NCBI GenBank assembly: GCA_002269645.1
Contig: NIVC01000031.1
Span: forward strand, 434,001-498,000
DNA from: Macrostomum lignano
Lineage: Eukaryota
Length of the DNA: 64,000 bases
Direction: 5' to 3'
Shown here: one piece after another, positions 26,290 through 40,770 of the stretch
Position numbering within the stretch: the first letter of the stretch is position 1
Layout: every line of letters begins with the position of its first letter
Notes under the pieces: generated by a model
What the model was told of the DNA's origin: nothing
Databases searched by the model: none
Seen by the model: the letters and a program-made list of their open reading frames with translations, nothing else
Translations under genes and position numbers: made by a program

Positions 26290-27110
26290 AGAAGCCGAAG
26301 CAGACAAGGGAGTAGAGAGCGGAAAAGGGGAGTAGAGAGCGAAAAAGGGGAGTAGAGAGCGTAAAAGGGGAGTTGAGTAGAGAGCGGAAAAGAGGAGTTA
26401 AGTAGAGAGCGGAAAAGGGGAGTAGAGAGCGAAAAAGGGGAGTAGAGAGCGGAAAAGGGGAGTTGAGTAGAGAGCGGAAAAGGGGAGTAGAGAGCGAAAA
26501 AGGGGAGTAGAGAGCGGAAAAGGGGAGTAGAGAGCGAAAAAGGGGAGTAGAGAGCGGAAAAGGGGAGTTGAGTAGAGAGCGGAAAAGGGGAGTAGAGAGC
26601 GAAAAAGGGGAGTAGAGAGCGGAAAAGGGGAGTTGAGTAGAGAGCGGAAAAGGGGAGTAGAGAGCGAAAAAGGGGAGTAGAGAGCGTAAAAAAGGAGTTG
26701 AGTAGAGAGCGAAAAAGGTGAATAGAGAGTGGAAAAGGGGTGTAGAGAGCGGAAAGGGGGAGTAGAAAGCGGAAAAGGTGAATAGAGAGTGGAAAAGGGG
26801 TGTAGAGAGCGGAAATGGGGAGTAGAAAGCGGAAAAGGTGAATAGAGAGTGGAAAAGGGGTGTAGAGAGCGGAAATGGGGAGTAGAAAGCGGAAAAGGTG
26901 AAAAGAGAGTGGAAAAGGGGTGTAGAGAGCGGAAATGGGGAGTAGAAAGCGGAAAAGGTGAAAAGAGAGTGGAAAAGGGGTGTAGAGAGCGGAAAGGGGG
27001 AGTAGAAAGCGGAAAAGGTGAATAGAGAGTGGAAAAGGGGTGTAGAGAGCTGAAAAAAGAAAGTAGAGAGTAGAAGAGGGAAACAGTAAAGAGGAAAATG
27101 AGAGTAGAGG
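26290..27110. repeat. Purine-rich 20/25-bp minisatellite
   Basis: Unit gagtagagagcggaaaaggg. Confidence 0.9.
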
Positions 27111-27379
27111 CAATAACTAATCTGATGATTCTCAGGAATATTTGTCACAGAGCAATGCTGACAGTGTAAGGATGATGCTGACAGAGTGACAGTGAAACTG
27201 GAAGCGGTGCTGACTTTCGGCTGAAAGTCGGTTTCTCAGCTGGGAAGGTTCCACTTTGCAATTGGGCAGGTAAAATGCGTCTGCGTGGTCTAGTTTGTCG
27301 ACAGGTGACTACTTGGATGGGCCCTGCAGGAGGTTCCCTTGGACACACTGGGTGGCCACGCGATTCACATAAATGAGGG

Positions 27380-27505
27380 CTAACCGCCAAGGCACAGTGA
27401 AGTGTACATGCCTGACGATTAGACAGTCAAAGGCCCGGTACACCCTGTGTGAGTGTGTTTGCCTAGGAGTCAGCTGAATGGGCCAAGGTGCCCTCAGCCC
27501 CATCT
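27380..27505 (+). mobile_element. SINE family B fragment
   Basis: ccaaggcacagtgaagtgtacatgcc..gtacaccctgtgtgagtgtg matches the body of the 16.0-16.3 kb element. Confidence 0.6.
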
Positions 27506-28214
27506 ATGGATAATTACGAGCTTATTTATAATCTAAGGACTGATGCTCGAGATGCTTCTACCTCACGCAGAAATAAACTGTTTTGCTGTGGAACCAATGC
27601 GAATCAGGATAAGAAGAAACCTATTTGATTTTTTTTCTCAGGAAAAAACTGAAGACTCGATGAGCTGTCGGCTAATACGCAGGAAAAAAAAGCTTGGCAA
27701 TCCCGATAAGAAATCTGATCAGAGCAGCTAGCGGAAGCATGGAAACTCCTCCTTCTAACATCCGGGCGGCCTTGCCAGACTTATAATGAAAACGAAGTCA
27801 ATCCATTCCACTCAAAACTGCCAATGGAGCAAAGGGGAGACGAAGATTAAAAGAAATTTGAATAGATTCTGAAGACAGAAAAGATTAATACGACTGACTA
27901 GTTTGATACGTACACTGTTGTTGAGCCGTCTAGCTCAGAAAAGTACAAACAAAAACCTGAGTAAGTTTTCAACTACTCTCGTCCCCAGTAGTATACATTG
28001 ATTGTTTAAAATTAACTGGTTTTAATTGTTTTCGGGATAAAAACAAACAAACCAATACAATACAGCACAATTTTAATGTCTTGAAACCTTAAAGTTAAGA
28101 TAATTGCGCACAATGGAATTGGTATAAATAATAGAGAACGAAAAAGGTGATTCGTTCTCTATTCCACACAGCCGGAACTGTGTGGATAGCAAGAATGGAA
28201 AGTCGATAGCGGCA

Positions 28215-28880
28215 AATAGAAGTAGAGAGCGGAATGGGGAGTAGAGAGCGGAATAGGGAAGTAGAGAGCAAAGTGGAGAGTAGAGAGCGGAATGGGGAGT
28301 AGAGAGCGGAATAGGGAGTAGAGAGCGGAATAGGGAGTAGAGAGCAAAATGGGGAGTAGAGAGCGGAATGGGGAGTAGAGAGCGGAATGGGGAGTAGAGA
28401 GCGGAATGGGGAATAGAGAGCAAAATGGGGAGTAGAGAGCAAAATGGGGAGTAGAGAGCAAAATGGGGAGTAGAGAGCGGAATGGGGAGTAGAGAGCGGA
28501 ATGGGGAGTAGAGAGCGGAATGGGGAGTAGGGAGCGGAATAGGGATGTAGAGAGCGGAAAAGGGGTAGAGAGCGGAATAGGGATGTAGAGGGTGGAAAAG
28601 GGGGTAGAGAGCGGAAAAGGGAAACAGTCGAGAAAAAAGGGGAGGGAAGTAGAGAGCCGAAAGTGGGAGTAGAGTGCGTGGGAAAAGGAGAGTAGAGAAC
28701 GGGCAGGAAGAAAGTGGAAAGGAAGTAGAGAGTGGAAAAGAGGAGTAGAGAGCGGAAAATAGGGGTAGAGAGCGGAAAAGAGGAGTAGAGAGCGGAAAAA
28801 GGGAGTAATTAAGAGCGGAAAACAGGAGTAGAGCCTAAAATTAGGGTCGAGAGAACAGGGGAGAAGAGAGCGAAAAGAGA
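28215..28880. repeat. Purine-rich 20-bp minisatellite related to the 26.3-27.1 kb array
   Basis: Unit gagtagagagcggaatgggg. Confidence 0.9.
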
Positions 28881-29499
28881 AATAGTTAAAGCAAACTGTA
28901 GAGAACAGAAGACGCAAAACGGGGGCAACCAATGCAACCAATTTTCTGATACTAAATGCGCAGTGAAACTCTTTGAACCCTTGAAATGAATTTGTTGATC
29001 TTTTGAACTTCTTTTCTTTAATCAGAAATGCTCGTTTTGCAACTTTGTAGTCAGTATTCAACTTTTTAAAAAGGGAAATGACATCTACAGATAGAAATAG
29101 GTCGTAGGTTGTATTACAATTTAAAACAATAACTACCATTCTACTAGTTATTGGAGGGCACCGACATTAAAAAGATCTAACAAAAAATTTTTGTAGCTCC
29201 GAACACAAGATTGCTAAGATAAGGTCCAGATGTATTACTGATGTGCTCGTAAAACTGCAAATTTTGCGCAGAAAACGATGCATACTTAATATAGAATGGC
29301 ATTTCATTTCTCGATTTCACACTTTACAGCCTATCAACGTAATAGTCGCTATCACTCGGCTTTAATCTGGTTTTCATGCATCCACTGCGACAATTCCGAT
29401 GCCATTTTTGTCCTGTCCGTGTCAACTTTTATTACTCTATTTAAATCAAACTAAAGCAACTAGTATATTTTACTATATAGCGTACCAATGATGTTTGGC

Positions 29500-29588
29500 C
29501 TGTCTGTCTGTCTCCGTCTGTCTGTCTGTCTGTCTGCCTGTCTCCGTCTGTCTGTCTGTCTGTGTGTGTGTGTGTCTGCCTGTCTGTA

Positions 29589-29619
<31 letters not shown>

Positions 29620-29647
29620 GTGTGTGTCTGCCTGTCTGTGTCTGTCC

Positions 29648-29723
<76 letters not shown>

Positions 29724-29732
29724 GCCTGTTTC

Positions 29733-29801
<69 letters not shown>

Positions 29802-29810
29802 TGTCTGTCT
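29500..29810. repeat. (TGTC)n microsatellite (GACA on the minus strand)
   Basis: Direct inspection. Confidence 0.95.
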
Positions 29811-30799
29811 TAATTAATCAATCTATCACTCAAACTATGAGACTGACAATGCTAATGATAAAATTACTTGAACAAAGAGTTCGCTCTACTTACAGCTGGC
29901 CGATAAAGCGAAGCGTACAGTCGCATGTTCTGTTGAATGAATATTTTTTCTTTTGCTTCCAAACGAACAGTGATCTTGTGCTACAGTGGAGATAGGGTAT
30001 TCAGATTTATAAGAGAGAAAATCAGCAGTTAGTTAAAAGTAAACTAACCAATCGTTTTGATTGTTAAGGCTCTACACAATCCTAAAGCCTAAAGGCTTGG
30101 TAAACGAGTGGACACACACCGAGTCACACGCGACGCTTTTATGTTATATTTAGAGGAAAGGACCAGCGCAAGATCGAGTGAACCAGCAATAAAATATATC
30201 GTTTTTATTTTTTATCAGCTAGAAGCAATCTGACAGCAGCCTATACGAGAGACTACATAGGCTCGGATAAGGCAAAGGTCATAAAACCGCAAGCTGTAAC
30301 CTATGCCTGCTAGTTTAATGTACTTTAGATTAAACTAAAACCAGATCTAAACTTGCCCCAGGCCGAGAGGTTTAAAGTAAAACTTTATTTTTCTGCGCAA
30401 ACCCAGCTCTGTCTGTATAGTATAGACTGAACCCACCTGCCTGTCTACCCATCTGCCCTTGTGCCATTTTACATTTCCACTCGAGTACATGTAGCTACAT
30501 ATTAATACTTCTTCTGCTTTTAACTATGTGAATGAGCTGGATTCGTAGTGATACAGTAAAAAGTCAAGCGACTGACAAATAGAGGTATACCTTTAGGCAA
30601 AAAAACTAGTGAGACTGATAATACACTACGAACTAGTGAAAGCTGGAAATTGAATTAAGAGACCATACTGTCTGGACTATGGACCTGTCTAGTATATGTG
30701 TAAAGAGGTGACCTAATGACAGACTGACGAGGTGACCTAGTAACGTATTGAGGATATATCTATATCTATGGGAGCGTGACTTTATGAAAGTGATCTAGT

Positions 30800-31190
30800 G
30801 AGAGGCTGACAGAGTAACAGAGTGGCAGAGTAACATATTGACCTAGTGACAGAGTGACCTAGTGACAGAGTGACCTAGAGACAAAGTGACTTTGTGACAG
30901 AGTGACCTCTAGTGACAGAGTGACCTAGTGACAGAGTGACCTAGTGACAGAGTGACCTAGTGACAGAGCGACCTAGTGACAGGGTGACCTAGTGAAAGAG
31001 TGACCTAGTGACAGAGTGACCTAGTGACAGAGTGACCTAGTGACAGAGTGACCTAGTGACAGAGTGACCTAGTGACAGAGTGACCCAGTGACAGAGTGAC
31101 CTAGTGACAGAGTGACCTAGTGACAGAGTGAACTAGTGACAGATCCAATGAGTGTGACATAAGTGAGAGTGGCTTACATGTAGTGACAAA
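30800..31190. repeat. 16-bp minisatellite
   Basis: Unit tagtgacagagtgacc. Confidence 0.9.
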
Positions 31191-33321
31191 GTGAAAGAGT
31201 TGTAAGAGGTCACAGAATAATATATTTTTAATGACAGTGCAAAAGCGGGTTATTATAAACTAAAGTAGGTGCATAAGCTAGCATATGACCTCTTAAAAGG
31301 GAAATAAGTAAATTATTTTCGCTTAGCCATCAAGAGCAGTCAATCAATCAGCTAAATTGTATAATACGACTCACTCATAGTTCAAAATAATAATATAGAA
31401 CAAACAATTCCAACTCAGCTAAAAAAAACACGGATCGATTTACATCATGTCAATTGGTTAGAAACTTATTTAGTGACTTTCTAGCAATTAATTCTTACGA
31501 GTTCGAGAGTTACATGGAGAGTAGAAAATTGGTACAATGATTTTGTATCGATTTCTATTCTCCACCCTCAACTTTCTTCCTTTCCCAATTCCGATTGCGC
31601 GTGTGATATAGCTAGGAAAAAAGTAAAATAATCCAGTTCAAATCTAGGCCCGAATGCGTCCTAGAATGTGTTTCAACTTTTTTTCCAAGAATGCTACAAT
31701 TTCTCAGCATCCGGTTTTGCACACACTCTAGGAATAGACTGAGAGTATTGCTGTAACAAATCTAGCAACTGTAACATTTCTGCTTCAAAAAAGACGGTGA
31801 CCCCCCCCTGGCAGCGGCATCGGCTAGTGGAGCGCAGGATCTACAGGCTGACCCAGAAATCGGTCCCCTGAAGCCAAGGAAAAACAGAAAACAAGCTTAG
31901 CCCATATGTGTATATAGTACAGGCTTTACAAGCAATTTAGCTACCGCCATATAACCTTCTAGGCAGTCTAATGTAGTAATTTTTTCAGTTTTCGAGCATT
32001 TTTCTTAACTAAGATAAATTTGCTTTACAGACTACTGAAAAACTATAAAGCAACGAGAAGTAGTATGATGCGAGACGCTATGGGTCGGCAAAGATGAGAG
32101 ATGAGGGAAGAGAGGAGAGACGAGAGATGGGATGAGATAAAAGATCGAAGATAGCTCGTAAGAGGAGAGAAGTTTCAACGAATCCCGAAAGCCAGTTGGA
32201 GACGACCCCTGGCTAAAGTAGGTTTAATAATTCTATCTAATTTTATATATTTCCAATTTAATTCCGGCTCTTATCCATATAATTTTTAACAACAATATGT
32301 TAACACGGCTTTAGCGCTGAAGTTCGAACCCTAACCTACAAGCTACATATAACACTAAGTAAGAAAAGTAAGATAAGAAAATCTAGGCAATTATACAGTT
32401 AAAAAGCTTTAGAAGCATTTCAGTTAAAATTCGAGCACATGAAGGTTATTCTTTTAACCAAAAAGTACACTCTGTCGAGTAAAAGCATAAATGTCTAAAT
32501 CAACGACTGCTTAAGTAAGATAGGAAAACTACGATTCTTTGAAAATTTTACAAGGTTTTACCGAAAAATACATCACGGAGATAGGAGGTTTTAGTTTATA
32601 GGAGGCAGACCCAATGTTCATTTTTTGTCTTGCCTTTCTTATAATTTTCTGATATACCTATATTAGTCTGCCTAAAAATAAAAAAATGGCTGCGCCAAAG
32701 ACCATTAAAAGATATCGCCGTATTTCTAGTGGTCCTTGTGCACAACTAGACTCATTTGTTTTTATGAATCTATTTTATCATTTTGTTACACACAGTTTTA
32801 AACATAAAATCCAATTTTCTTTTAACAAAAGGCTCTATGAATATTAATATGTCAAAACAATAAACCTATCAGGAGATTATTATCACAAGAAACGTTGTTT
32901 CTCATCCTTCTACTTTAGTAGTCCTTAGCCTAAATATTTAATCTGGAATACTCAAAACTTAATTGTTATAACACAGAGCTGCTCGTCTTATTAATTTGTT
33001 TGAAAGAACGGCCCTTTCCAGTCATTATCTTTAAAAAATGAAGAACACCGTGTACTAATAAAAATCCTACGAACTTCAACGTTTTCCCTTAGAAATAACA
33101 AGCTATAGGACTAACGAGCAAAGACGGCGTGACTAAAAGGTAGGGCCTAGAACAGCTGCTGTAATTAGCACAATGCATGCGAGACTAAAGCAGTTCTCTA
33201 TTCGAATGCTAGAATAGAATAATCAAAGGGCTGCAAACTGCGGTACGCTTGCAACTCGCTGATTAATTATTACTTTGAAAACTATACTCTATTAGACTCT
33301 TCTTTCTAATCTGTGTATATG

Positions 33322-33837
33322 AAATGTAAAATTCGGAGAATGTAAAATTCGGAGAATGTAAAATTCGGAGAATGTAAAATTTGAAGAATGTAAACTTCGG
33401 AGAATGTAAAATTCGGAGAATGTAAAATTCGGAGAATGTAAAATTCGGAGAATGTAAAATTCGGAGAATGTAAAATTCGGAGAATGTAAAATTTGAAGAA
33501 TGTAAACTTCGGAGAATGTAAAATTCGGAGAATGTAAAATTCGGAGAATGTAAAATTCGGAGAATGTAAAATTCGGAGAATGTAAAATTCGGAGAATGTA
33601 AAATTTGAAGAATGTAAAATTCGGAGAATGTAAACTTCGGAGAATGTAAAATTCGGAGAATGTAAAATTCGGAGAATGTAAAATTTGAAGAATGTAAACT
33701 TCGGAGAATGTAAAATTCGGAGAATGTAAAATTCGGAGAATGTAAAATTCGGAGAATGTAAAATTCGGAGAATGTAAAATTCGGAGAATGTAAAATTCGG
33801 AGAATATAAATTTGGAGAATGTAAAATTTGGAGAATT
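33322..33837. repeat. 16-bp minisatellite
   Basis: Unit gaatgtaaaattcgga, about 32 copies. Confidence 0.95.
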
Positions 33838-36055
33838 TACTCAACTGTTGAAGCAAAGCACTAGCAGACGCTATACGCAAATTTGCCTGCCTAGCAGTAT
33901 TAGAGCATTTTGGTAGCAGCAGACAGACAGAAATGAGTGATTTATGACTGCCTGTCTGAATTTCAATACATAATAATTAAAGAACTGTCGATGTGTACTA
34001 CTGCGCGCTAAAAAGCAGATTCTAAACCACTAAATCATCACAACCATCGTTGCAGACAGACCATCCGTTCATCTCTAGTCCCTCTAGTATAATGGTAAAA
34101 AGTGCACAAGTACTTTAAAACAGCGCGTGGTAACGAAAATTCCTACAGCCAAAGGCGAAGTAATTTAGACAAAAAACTGTCGTCAAGAGCCATTGTACTA
34201 TTAGAGAACAATAACACTTAAATTCACTTACCAACGGTAACTCAGCCAGCAATAGTAGCCTTCAGCAGGAATCAACAGTAGATTTAAGTAGATCTAGCAT
34301 TTTTCTTTTTCGCTTTGTAGATTAATTAAAAAATTAATTGAAACACCGGGTTCTAGTTGACTATAGAATACTAGTACTAGAATACTCGCTTAGTAAAATG
34401 AGTAACAGGATGAAAGACTTGATGCTGAACCCAAACAATTGGAAGACTTTGCAAATACTTTTTTATATAAACTATGTAGCATGTAAGCGACGATTCTTTA
34501 GCTGAAATCTGAACTTTGGCGCCTGAAATTGAAAAAAAAGTTTTCAAGATTATGCATTATTTGTACTGCTTAATGTACTTTGACAGAAAATCATACAAAA
34601 TCAGCAAATAAATTGTTATTGCTCTCGATAGGAGACAGACCCAATGTTCATATTTTGATGTGTCTTGCCTTTCTTATAGCTCTATCGATTTTCATAAGGC
34701 TTTTCGTTCAGAAAATCAGGATTCTATGTTTTTACTTTACACACAATTTCATTTCCTATGCCTAAAAACTATTAAATTGGCACGGCTCGGCTCATTGGTT
34801 TTATTATAACTTTTTTCATTCTTAGCTGGCTGTGTAATAAATTAATGTGCCACAGAGATGATTTTAGTTGAAAAAAATGAACATAGATTTTTTCAAAACA
34901 AAGAGCTCGTATCAGTAGTCAAATTTGAGTAATCTGTAAACTAAATAACTCTGAAGACTTTTGCAAAGCAACTTCTTCGAGTCAGAGAGGCTTAGCAATG
35001 TAAAGTATACGCTAGATGCGTTTGTAGTTTATTTTATTTTGAACCTTTTGACTGATACAAGACAGCATTTTCCTTTTTTTAATTTGGCATCCTGATTCTG
35101 ACGCTGAAGAACCCAGATAAGGCATATCTTCCAAGAATTCAGTCAAGTCTAATATCATGTTTAGGTCGGACTATACTACTGCATTTTAATGTGACTACTT
35201 ACTACTACCACTATTTCACTATCTGACTACTTTCACCACTTCGACAATTATCCATCACTGCTGAATGGTGTAATGTACAAGTACAAGTTTAATGTAACAC
35301 TTTTTCACAAATTCAAGAGGAAAGGAGACTGATATCACTGTATCTGGCTAACAACTTGGTCATTTGGTAAACATTAGCCTCAAAGAAGGTACAGGTTCCC
35401 CCGAAGAGGTCTGGATTGCTAGTCCAATATACTAAAATGAATTTTTATAGCCGTCTCTTAAATAATACTACTATAGCTGTAGTGGTAATATAGTGTAGGT
35501 TCATTTTTACTACAGCATATTTAAAGATTTGTTTACATGATTTACATGAATAAAATAAATGGCTTGGGCATTGGGCAAGATTACTGTAAAACACAAAAAA
35601 CGAACTTGTGTAAAAATTAAAAAAGACGCAACGATACAATGATAATATTTATACACACTAATGCTAATTTTTTGCATTCGAATTTAGTGACGAATATTTA
35701 TTACAAAAGTACACCGACAAAATCTACTTCATTCGGGAGTGAAAGTTATTTCTTATGACATGTATTATTACTTTAGAAATAGTGATTAAAAAGCAGACAT
35801 TGCATTGACGTCAAGTATATTAAATAAAACAAAAACACAACACTAACAGTCAGTTGTCAGGTGTAGAGTCTAGTCTATATTGAATGTCATCACTTCACAA
35901 CACGTTTTTGAGTATCGTCTGAATTAACAAAATTGCAACATTAAGAATATGTTATGCGCTTGATACTAAAGAGTGTCTATTCATATAGACATATAGACTC
36001 GTACGTAAACTAGAAGCAAAATTAGGTAATGTGCTCAAGAAGATAATGTAAATGT

Positions 36056-36613
36056 TCAGAGACCGCAACCTCTACTGCTGCTGCTAGCTGCAACGAAATT
36101 ATTATTAGGCAATCGTCCACTGACTAGGACGCCATTAAAATAAGCAGTTTTATCGACTTTGTATTGCGACAAGTAGCAATGCTTCGACTTGGCAGAGATC
36201 GCGCTGCTGCGCCTGCGATTAGCGCCACTGCTGCCGCCGCCAACAGAGCCACCGTTATGATAACTATTGCGACTCTGACGGTGAAGCTGACTTTGGCTTT
36301 GATGCCGGCGGCATTGCTGTAATCGACGACACAGGTGATCGATTTTCAACTGATGTGGATGCTGTTGCTGTTGTTGTTGCTGTTGACTGGCAACTGCTTC
36401 CACGCTAGTATTGCTGCTGCTGTTGCTGCTGCTGCTGAGACTGATAGCATTACAACTGGCTGCTTTTTGCTGATATCTAGTGCGATAGCTTGGAAAACAC
36501 GGTTGCTGTTGATATTGCGATTCAGTTGGGCTAGCAAAAGATTCTGACTCAGTTGCTTCCATCGGCTCGTTGCCATTGTTAATTTCTGGTTCTAAATTAT
36601 CTTTGCTACTCAT
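36056..36613 (-). CDS. Orphan Ser/Gln-rich ORF (~185 aa); possible coding exon of unknown function
   Basis: An open frame from ATG 36613 (MSSKDNLEPE...) that is GC-richer than its flanks, with poly-Q/poly-S tracts like the genuine exons in this window. No recognisable domain. Confidence 0.45.
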   Translation of the reverse strand: MSSKDNLEPEINNGNEPMEATESESFASPTESQYQQQPCFPSYRTRYQQKAASCNAISLSSSSNSSSNTSVEAVASQQQQQQQQHPHQLKIDHLCRRLQQCRRHQSQSQLHRQSRNSYHNGGSVGGGSSGANRRRSSAISAKSKHCYLSQYKVDKTAYFNGVLVSGRLPNNNFVAASSSSRGCGL

Positions 36614-39600
36614 GCTCAAATCAATTAAGGAAATAAATTATATCTACTGTCTAATAAATTCTGGCATTTCAAAAAAACTGAACAAGAATAATTTAAAATA
36701 GGGGGGTGGTTAGAGACGACTTCTTTCTCTCTCTCGCTCTCACTAAAACAGAGTACACAGTTGTGTAGCAATGGGGGTCAACTCCTTATGAAACTCTTTC
36801 AAGGGGTAATAAAAATGTCCAACGCTTTTATAAGCTGAAATCGCTTGTGAAAAGACAGCGAGAGGACGAAGCGAAGGAAGTAGAGTAAAGAGGCTTGACA
36901 CGGATTATATGAAAAGCGTAGAGATCGGATAGGAAGGGAATTTGGGCTCCTAAAGCAAAGGCCTATCTATCAGGACAGAGGGAGGCTGGTGGGTAAGGGA
37001 ATTCACTGTACATTGCACAAGAATGTACATTTGCTCGCGGAGGAGCACTAAGGACGAAAATAGCCGCGGGGCCGGGGTATGGAAGAGCCTATAGCCCACC
37101 CCATAGACCCACACCCCAATCCTGCAAATAATTGCCATTCCGCCCGTCCTCCCGTCCATGCCTCTAATCGGAAAGCGTTATTGAGATAAGAAAACCAACC
37201 AACCTCCCGAGGGAGGGGAGGAAGGGTTCGGGTACGGAGAGAGAATCAGTCAGGCGCGTCGAGTGCTTATAGAGTAGGTAGAGAAATGGAGGGAACGCAG
37301 CGCACACAATCCTAGTGGAGTGCCTAAAACTCCTCTGCGAGTAGGGCGATGGATAGTAGGGCGATAGAGGTCTTTTAGGACGGTAACGGTAACGAAAAGA
37401 ATAGATATTTTTTCACTCGAAAATCCAATAACAATTCAGACTGGACGGGAGCACGCGCGGGTGAAGAATGATGCCTAGAAACTTTCTTTCCAGTTAATTC
37501 TTGACTACCGAAAACTGCTGGAAATGAAGACGGAATGTATGAGACCTTTGAAAAGAGTACATGAAAGTGTGCACTCGCAGAGAAATGTGGGGCAAGAGAA
37601 AGGCCCAAGCACACTCAAACCAGAGAACTCCAGTTAGCAAGTACGCTGACCTTACACGAGTATTGACAGATCTAGCCAGCCAATCCGCTTTAAGGAATAA
37701 AGTACAAAATGAAAACCTTTCCTAACAATGTATACCGACCTTTCATTTCCAGTGCAGTCTCTTTCTATCGATTCAGGACGGGCGAGAAATAAAGTCGCGA
37801 AGTCGCAGCTGAACTAAACTTGCCTTGTAAAACCATTTTAGTCAAGTGGTATAAGAGCTAGCTATAAAGCTATTGGGAAAAGGGATTTGGTTGAAAAAAA
37901 GAATTTTCAGCTCGAACTTAACAAGCTCTAAACTTTAGAATAGGGATTGCAAAATCCCGGTTTTTGCGATCCCGGATTTACTGCGTTAATATACATCGCT
38001 TGTTGGTTTCGTTTAGGTGTTGTGCCGTAACCAGTAGAAGTAATTTTAATACGACGTAACTATGTTGCCATGGTAGATTAATACATTGTAAAAGTACAAG
38101 TGTACATTGAAGCTCAGCTGCGACGTGGACTCAATACAGAATGCTTACAGAAAGGTTTACAGAAGGGGTATCAATTCTCCATTCCCCAGTAGGGTGCTGT
38201 CGCTTTGCTTTAATCCTAAGACTTGTTCTCCAGCACAGAAAGAGCAGGTGGCACACAGACAGAGGGGGAAGCGCAATCATCAAACGATAATTAAATTTTC
38301 CCTAACTATCAATTACCAATTTACTAAGTCAAAGAAACGCAGCCGCTTTTACATAGCCGTCATAGGCACGGCAACAGTCATTTTCCAAATTGGAGAAATA
38401 ACTATTCAGCCTACAGTCTAGAAAAGGAAAATAGAATTTTTTGTCGCGGAACAATTTCAGATAGCTTTTCTGTAATAAATAGAGCTCGAAATTATCATAA
38501 TTGCCACAAAAACGCCAGTGCTAACTGAATAATCAACAGCTGCAAAACGGCTATACCAGATTACACTTAGATGTACAGAGAAAAAATTTACTCTAAGCTC
38601 GAAATCTTAAGTTGTTGAGTAAACTTTTAGTCTTGGGGACTTTCGAGGTTGTGACCAAAAGTGCAGAGACTTCATACACTCAACAAACTTGCGACACGAA
38701 ATTAAACAAGGTTAAAAAGCACTTTAAAAGCTACGAGTACACTGCATGATATTTTCGTAATTTGTGAAGGAATATAGACTAAGAAAATAAAAAGGTATGT
38801 ACGCTCGTAACATTAACTTGACTCAAAAACATAAAACGATTACTTAAGTGCAATGAGCAAATAATTGCACACGAGAATTCAAACAAAAAACTTAAGAAAG
38901 CTGAGTACACTACTTAAAGTAGAAATGCAAGGAAATCGATATGAAAATCTTACTGAATAAATTTTCTTCGTGAGACTAATTTTTGTTAAACAATTAAACT
39001 AAAGTGGATTGACTAAAGTGAATTGATTAAAGTGAATTGATTAAAGTGAATTAAAGTGAATTGAGTTCAAATCAGCAAATATTCAGTGAAAATATCTAGG
39101 CAATGCTTGCTATCTGGGGGGGGGGGATGCTTGCTATCTTGGGGATGTTTTCTCATTAGGGGAAATGTCTGCAATCTTTGTGAAAGCTTTATTTCACTGT
39201 CATTATGTTACTTTTAGAAAAATTAGATTCATAGCAAACATCTTTGTCCATGAAAATTTTACTCAAATAAGGTGGCTTATAAAACTGAAAAAGGAATTAG
39301 TTCTTAAGAAAATGTGCTTTGGATGGATTTGCAAGAATATTTTTTGCTCATTGCTTATTGGGCACCCTAAAGAGAGGCATTAGATTGCTAGTGGGAACTA
39401 AATTCATTAATGTTAACAGCATTAATCTTGAGAATCCTAATATTGGCATTTTTATTTTAATTAATATAGGTGTCTAATTAATTTCTGTTTATGATAATGA
39501 TCATGCAAATGCATACTATGCATATCCCCATAATTTATACTTGATATGTGATTTATATTGTGACCAAATATGCAAATTATCTGTAAAGGAAACCCTTAAG

Positions 39601-40770
39601 CAAAAATTAATACCATTAATTAAGTAGGTACTTTCCTACTTTGCTATACTTCGTTACAAATGTTTTAACTTGGATAATCTGATTATTTACAAAGTTTTCA
39701 AAGCTTTGTAGGTTGCTACTTTCAAAGTATTTCCTGTTGGGATTACCTTGGCTGACTTTGGAAGTTTGTCATGTTTGAATATATCTTTACTTGGCAATAC
39801 TTTCAAAGTATTTTCAATTAGGATTACATTGGCGGACTTTGGAAGTTTGTCCCCATGCATATCTCAATATGCCATGCAAATCATGTTCTAGAGTGTTCTA
39901 TGCAAATTGGTTCCTAGTTTGCTTCAAATAGTACTGAAATTGAACTAAAATATTTAGCAATTTAATGTTATATAAATTGCTGCTCAATTCTACAAATTCA
40001 AGAAGTCAGTCCATATTGTTGGAATTGCATGAATTTAAAACATGTATTTGTTTTGGATCTTAACTTGGAACTTGTCTATTGCTTTTTAGCATATCTGGTA
40101 CATCATAATTGTATTATAGCATTGATGCTGCTTTTTGTGATTCTAATAGTATATTTAGCTATATTGTATTGATTCTTTCTATGCACATTAGAATTGTATT
40201 TTCCAAATTGAAAATCAAATTATTTTTTGTTTATTTACAGATAATAAAACAACAAGCTAAGTTTCTTTGCATGGTGCAAATTTAGAATAAGAGATTATTT
40301 AGAAAGCATCAAAAAACTAGTATATTATCAAATTATAATATTATCAAATGATGGCATTATGCATGTTGCTAAAGATCATGATTTTTATATACTTTTTGCC
40401 CATTTTTTGCTTTTGCATCATAGCAAAAATACTTAAAGCCGCCTACTTACTCTTTCTTCCCTTGAGAACTTTTAATGTGTCAAATGACATATCTTTCTTA
40501 ATACATAATACATAAATTGAGCCCATTACTATTGGTATTTTTATATTAGTCATCTTGCATAATTTTTAATGTTTACTTGATATTAATTCCAAGAATGAAG
40601 TTGGTTTTTAATTCTAAAGGATAAAATAAAAACAAGGATAAAAATGTTAACTTTTTGATATGTACGGCTATAGGCCTATCAATATTGAAATGAATTGCTT
40701 TTAAAGTCAATTAGGTGATATTATAGATAATGGTCAATAATGTAATTATATATTTAAGGTTAGGTTATGG

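Noticed and set aside
27405-27440. CTGACGA as a hammerhead core in SINE B
   Set aside because: There is no GAAA after a proper stem II, and the motif is absent in the other copy.
26121-29139. 300-330 aa ORFs rich in F/S/L/P
   Set aside because: They come from stop-free purine-rich minisatellites.
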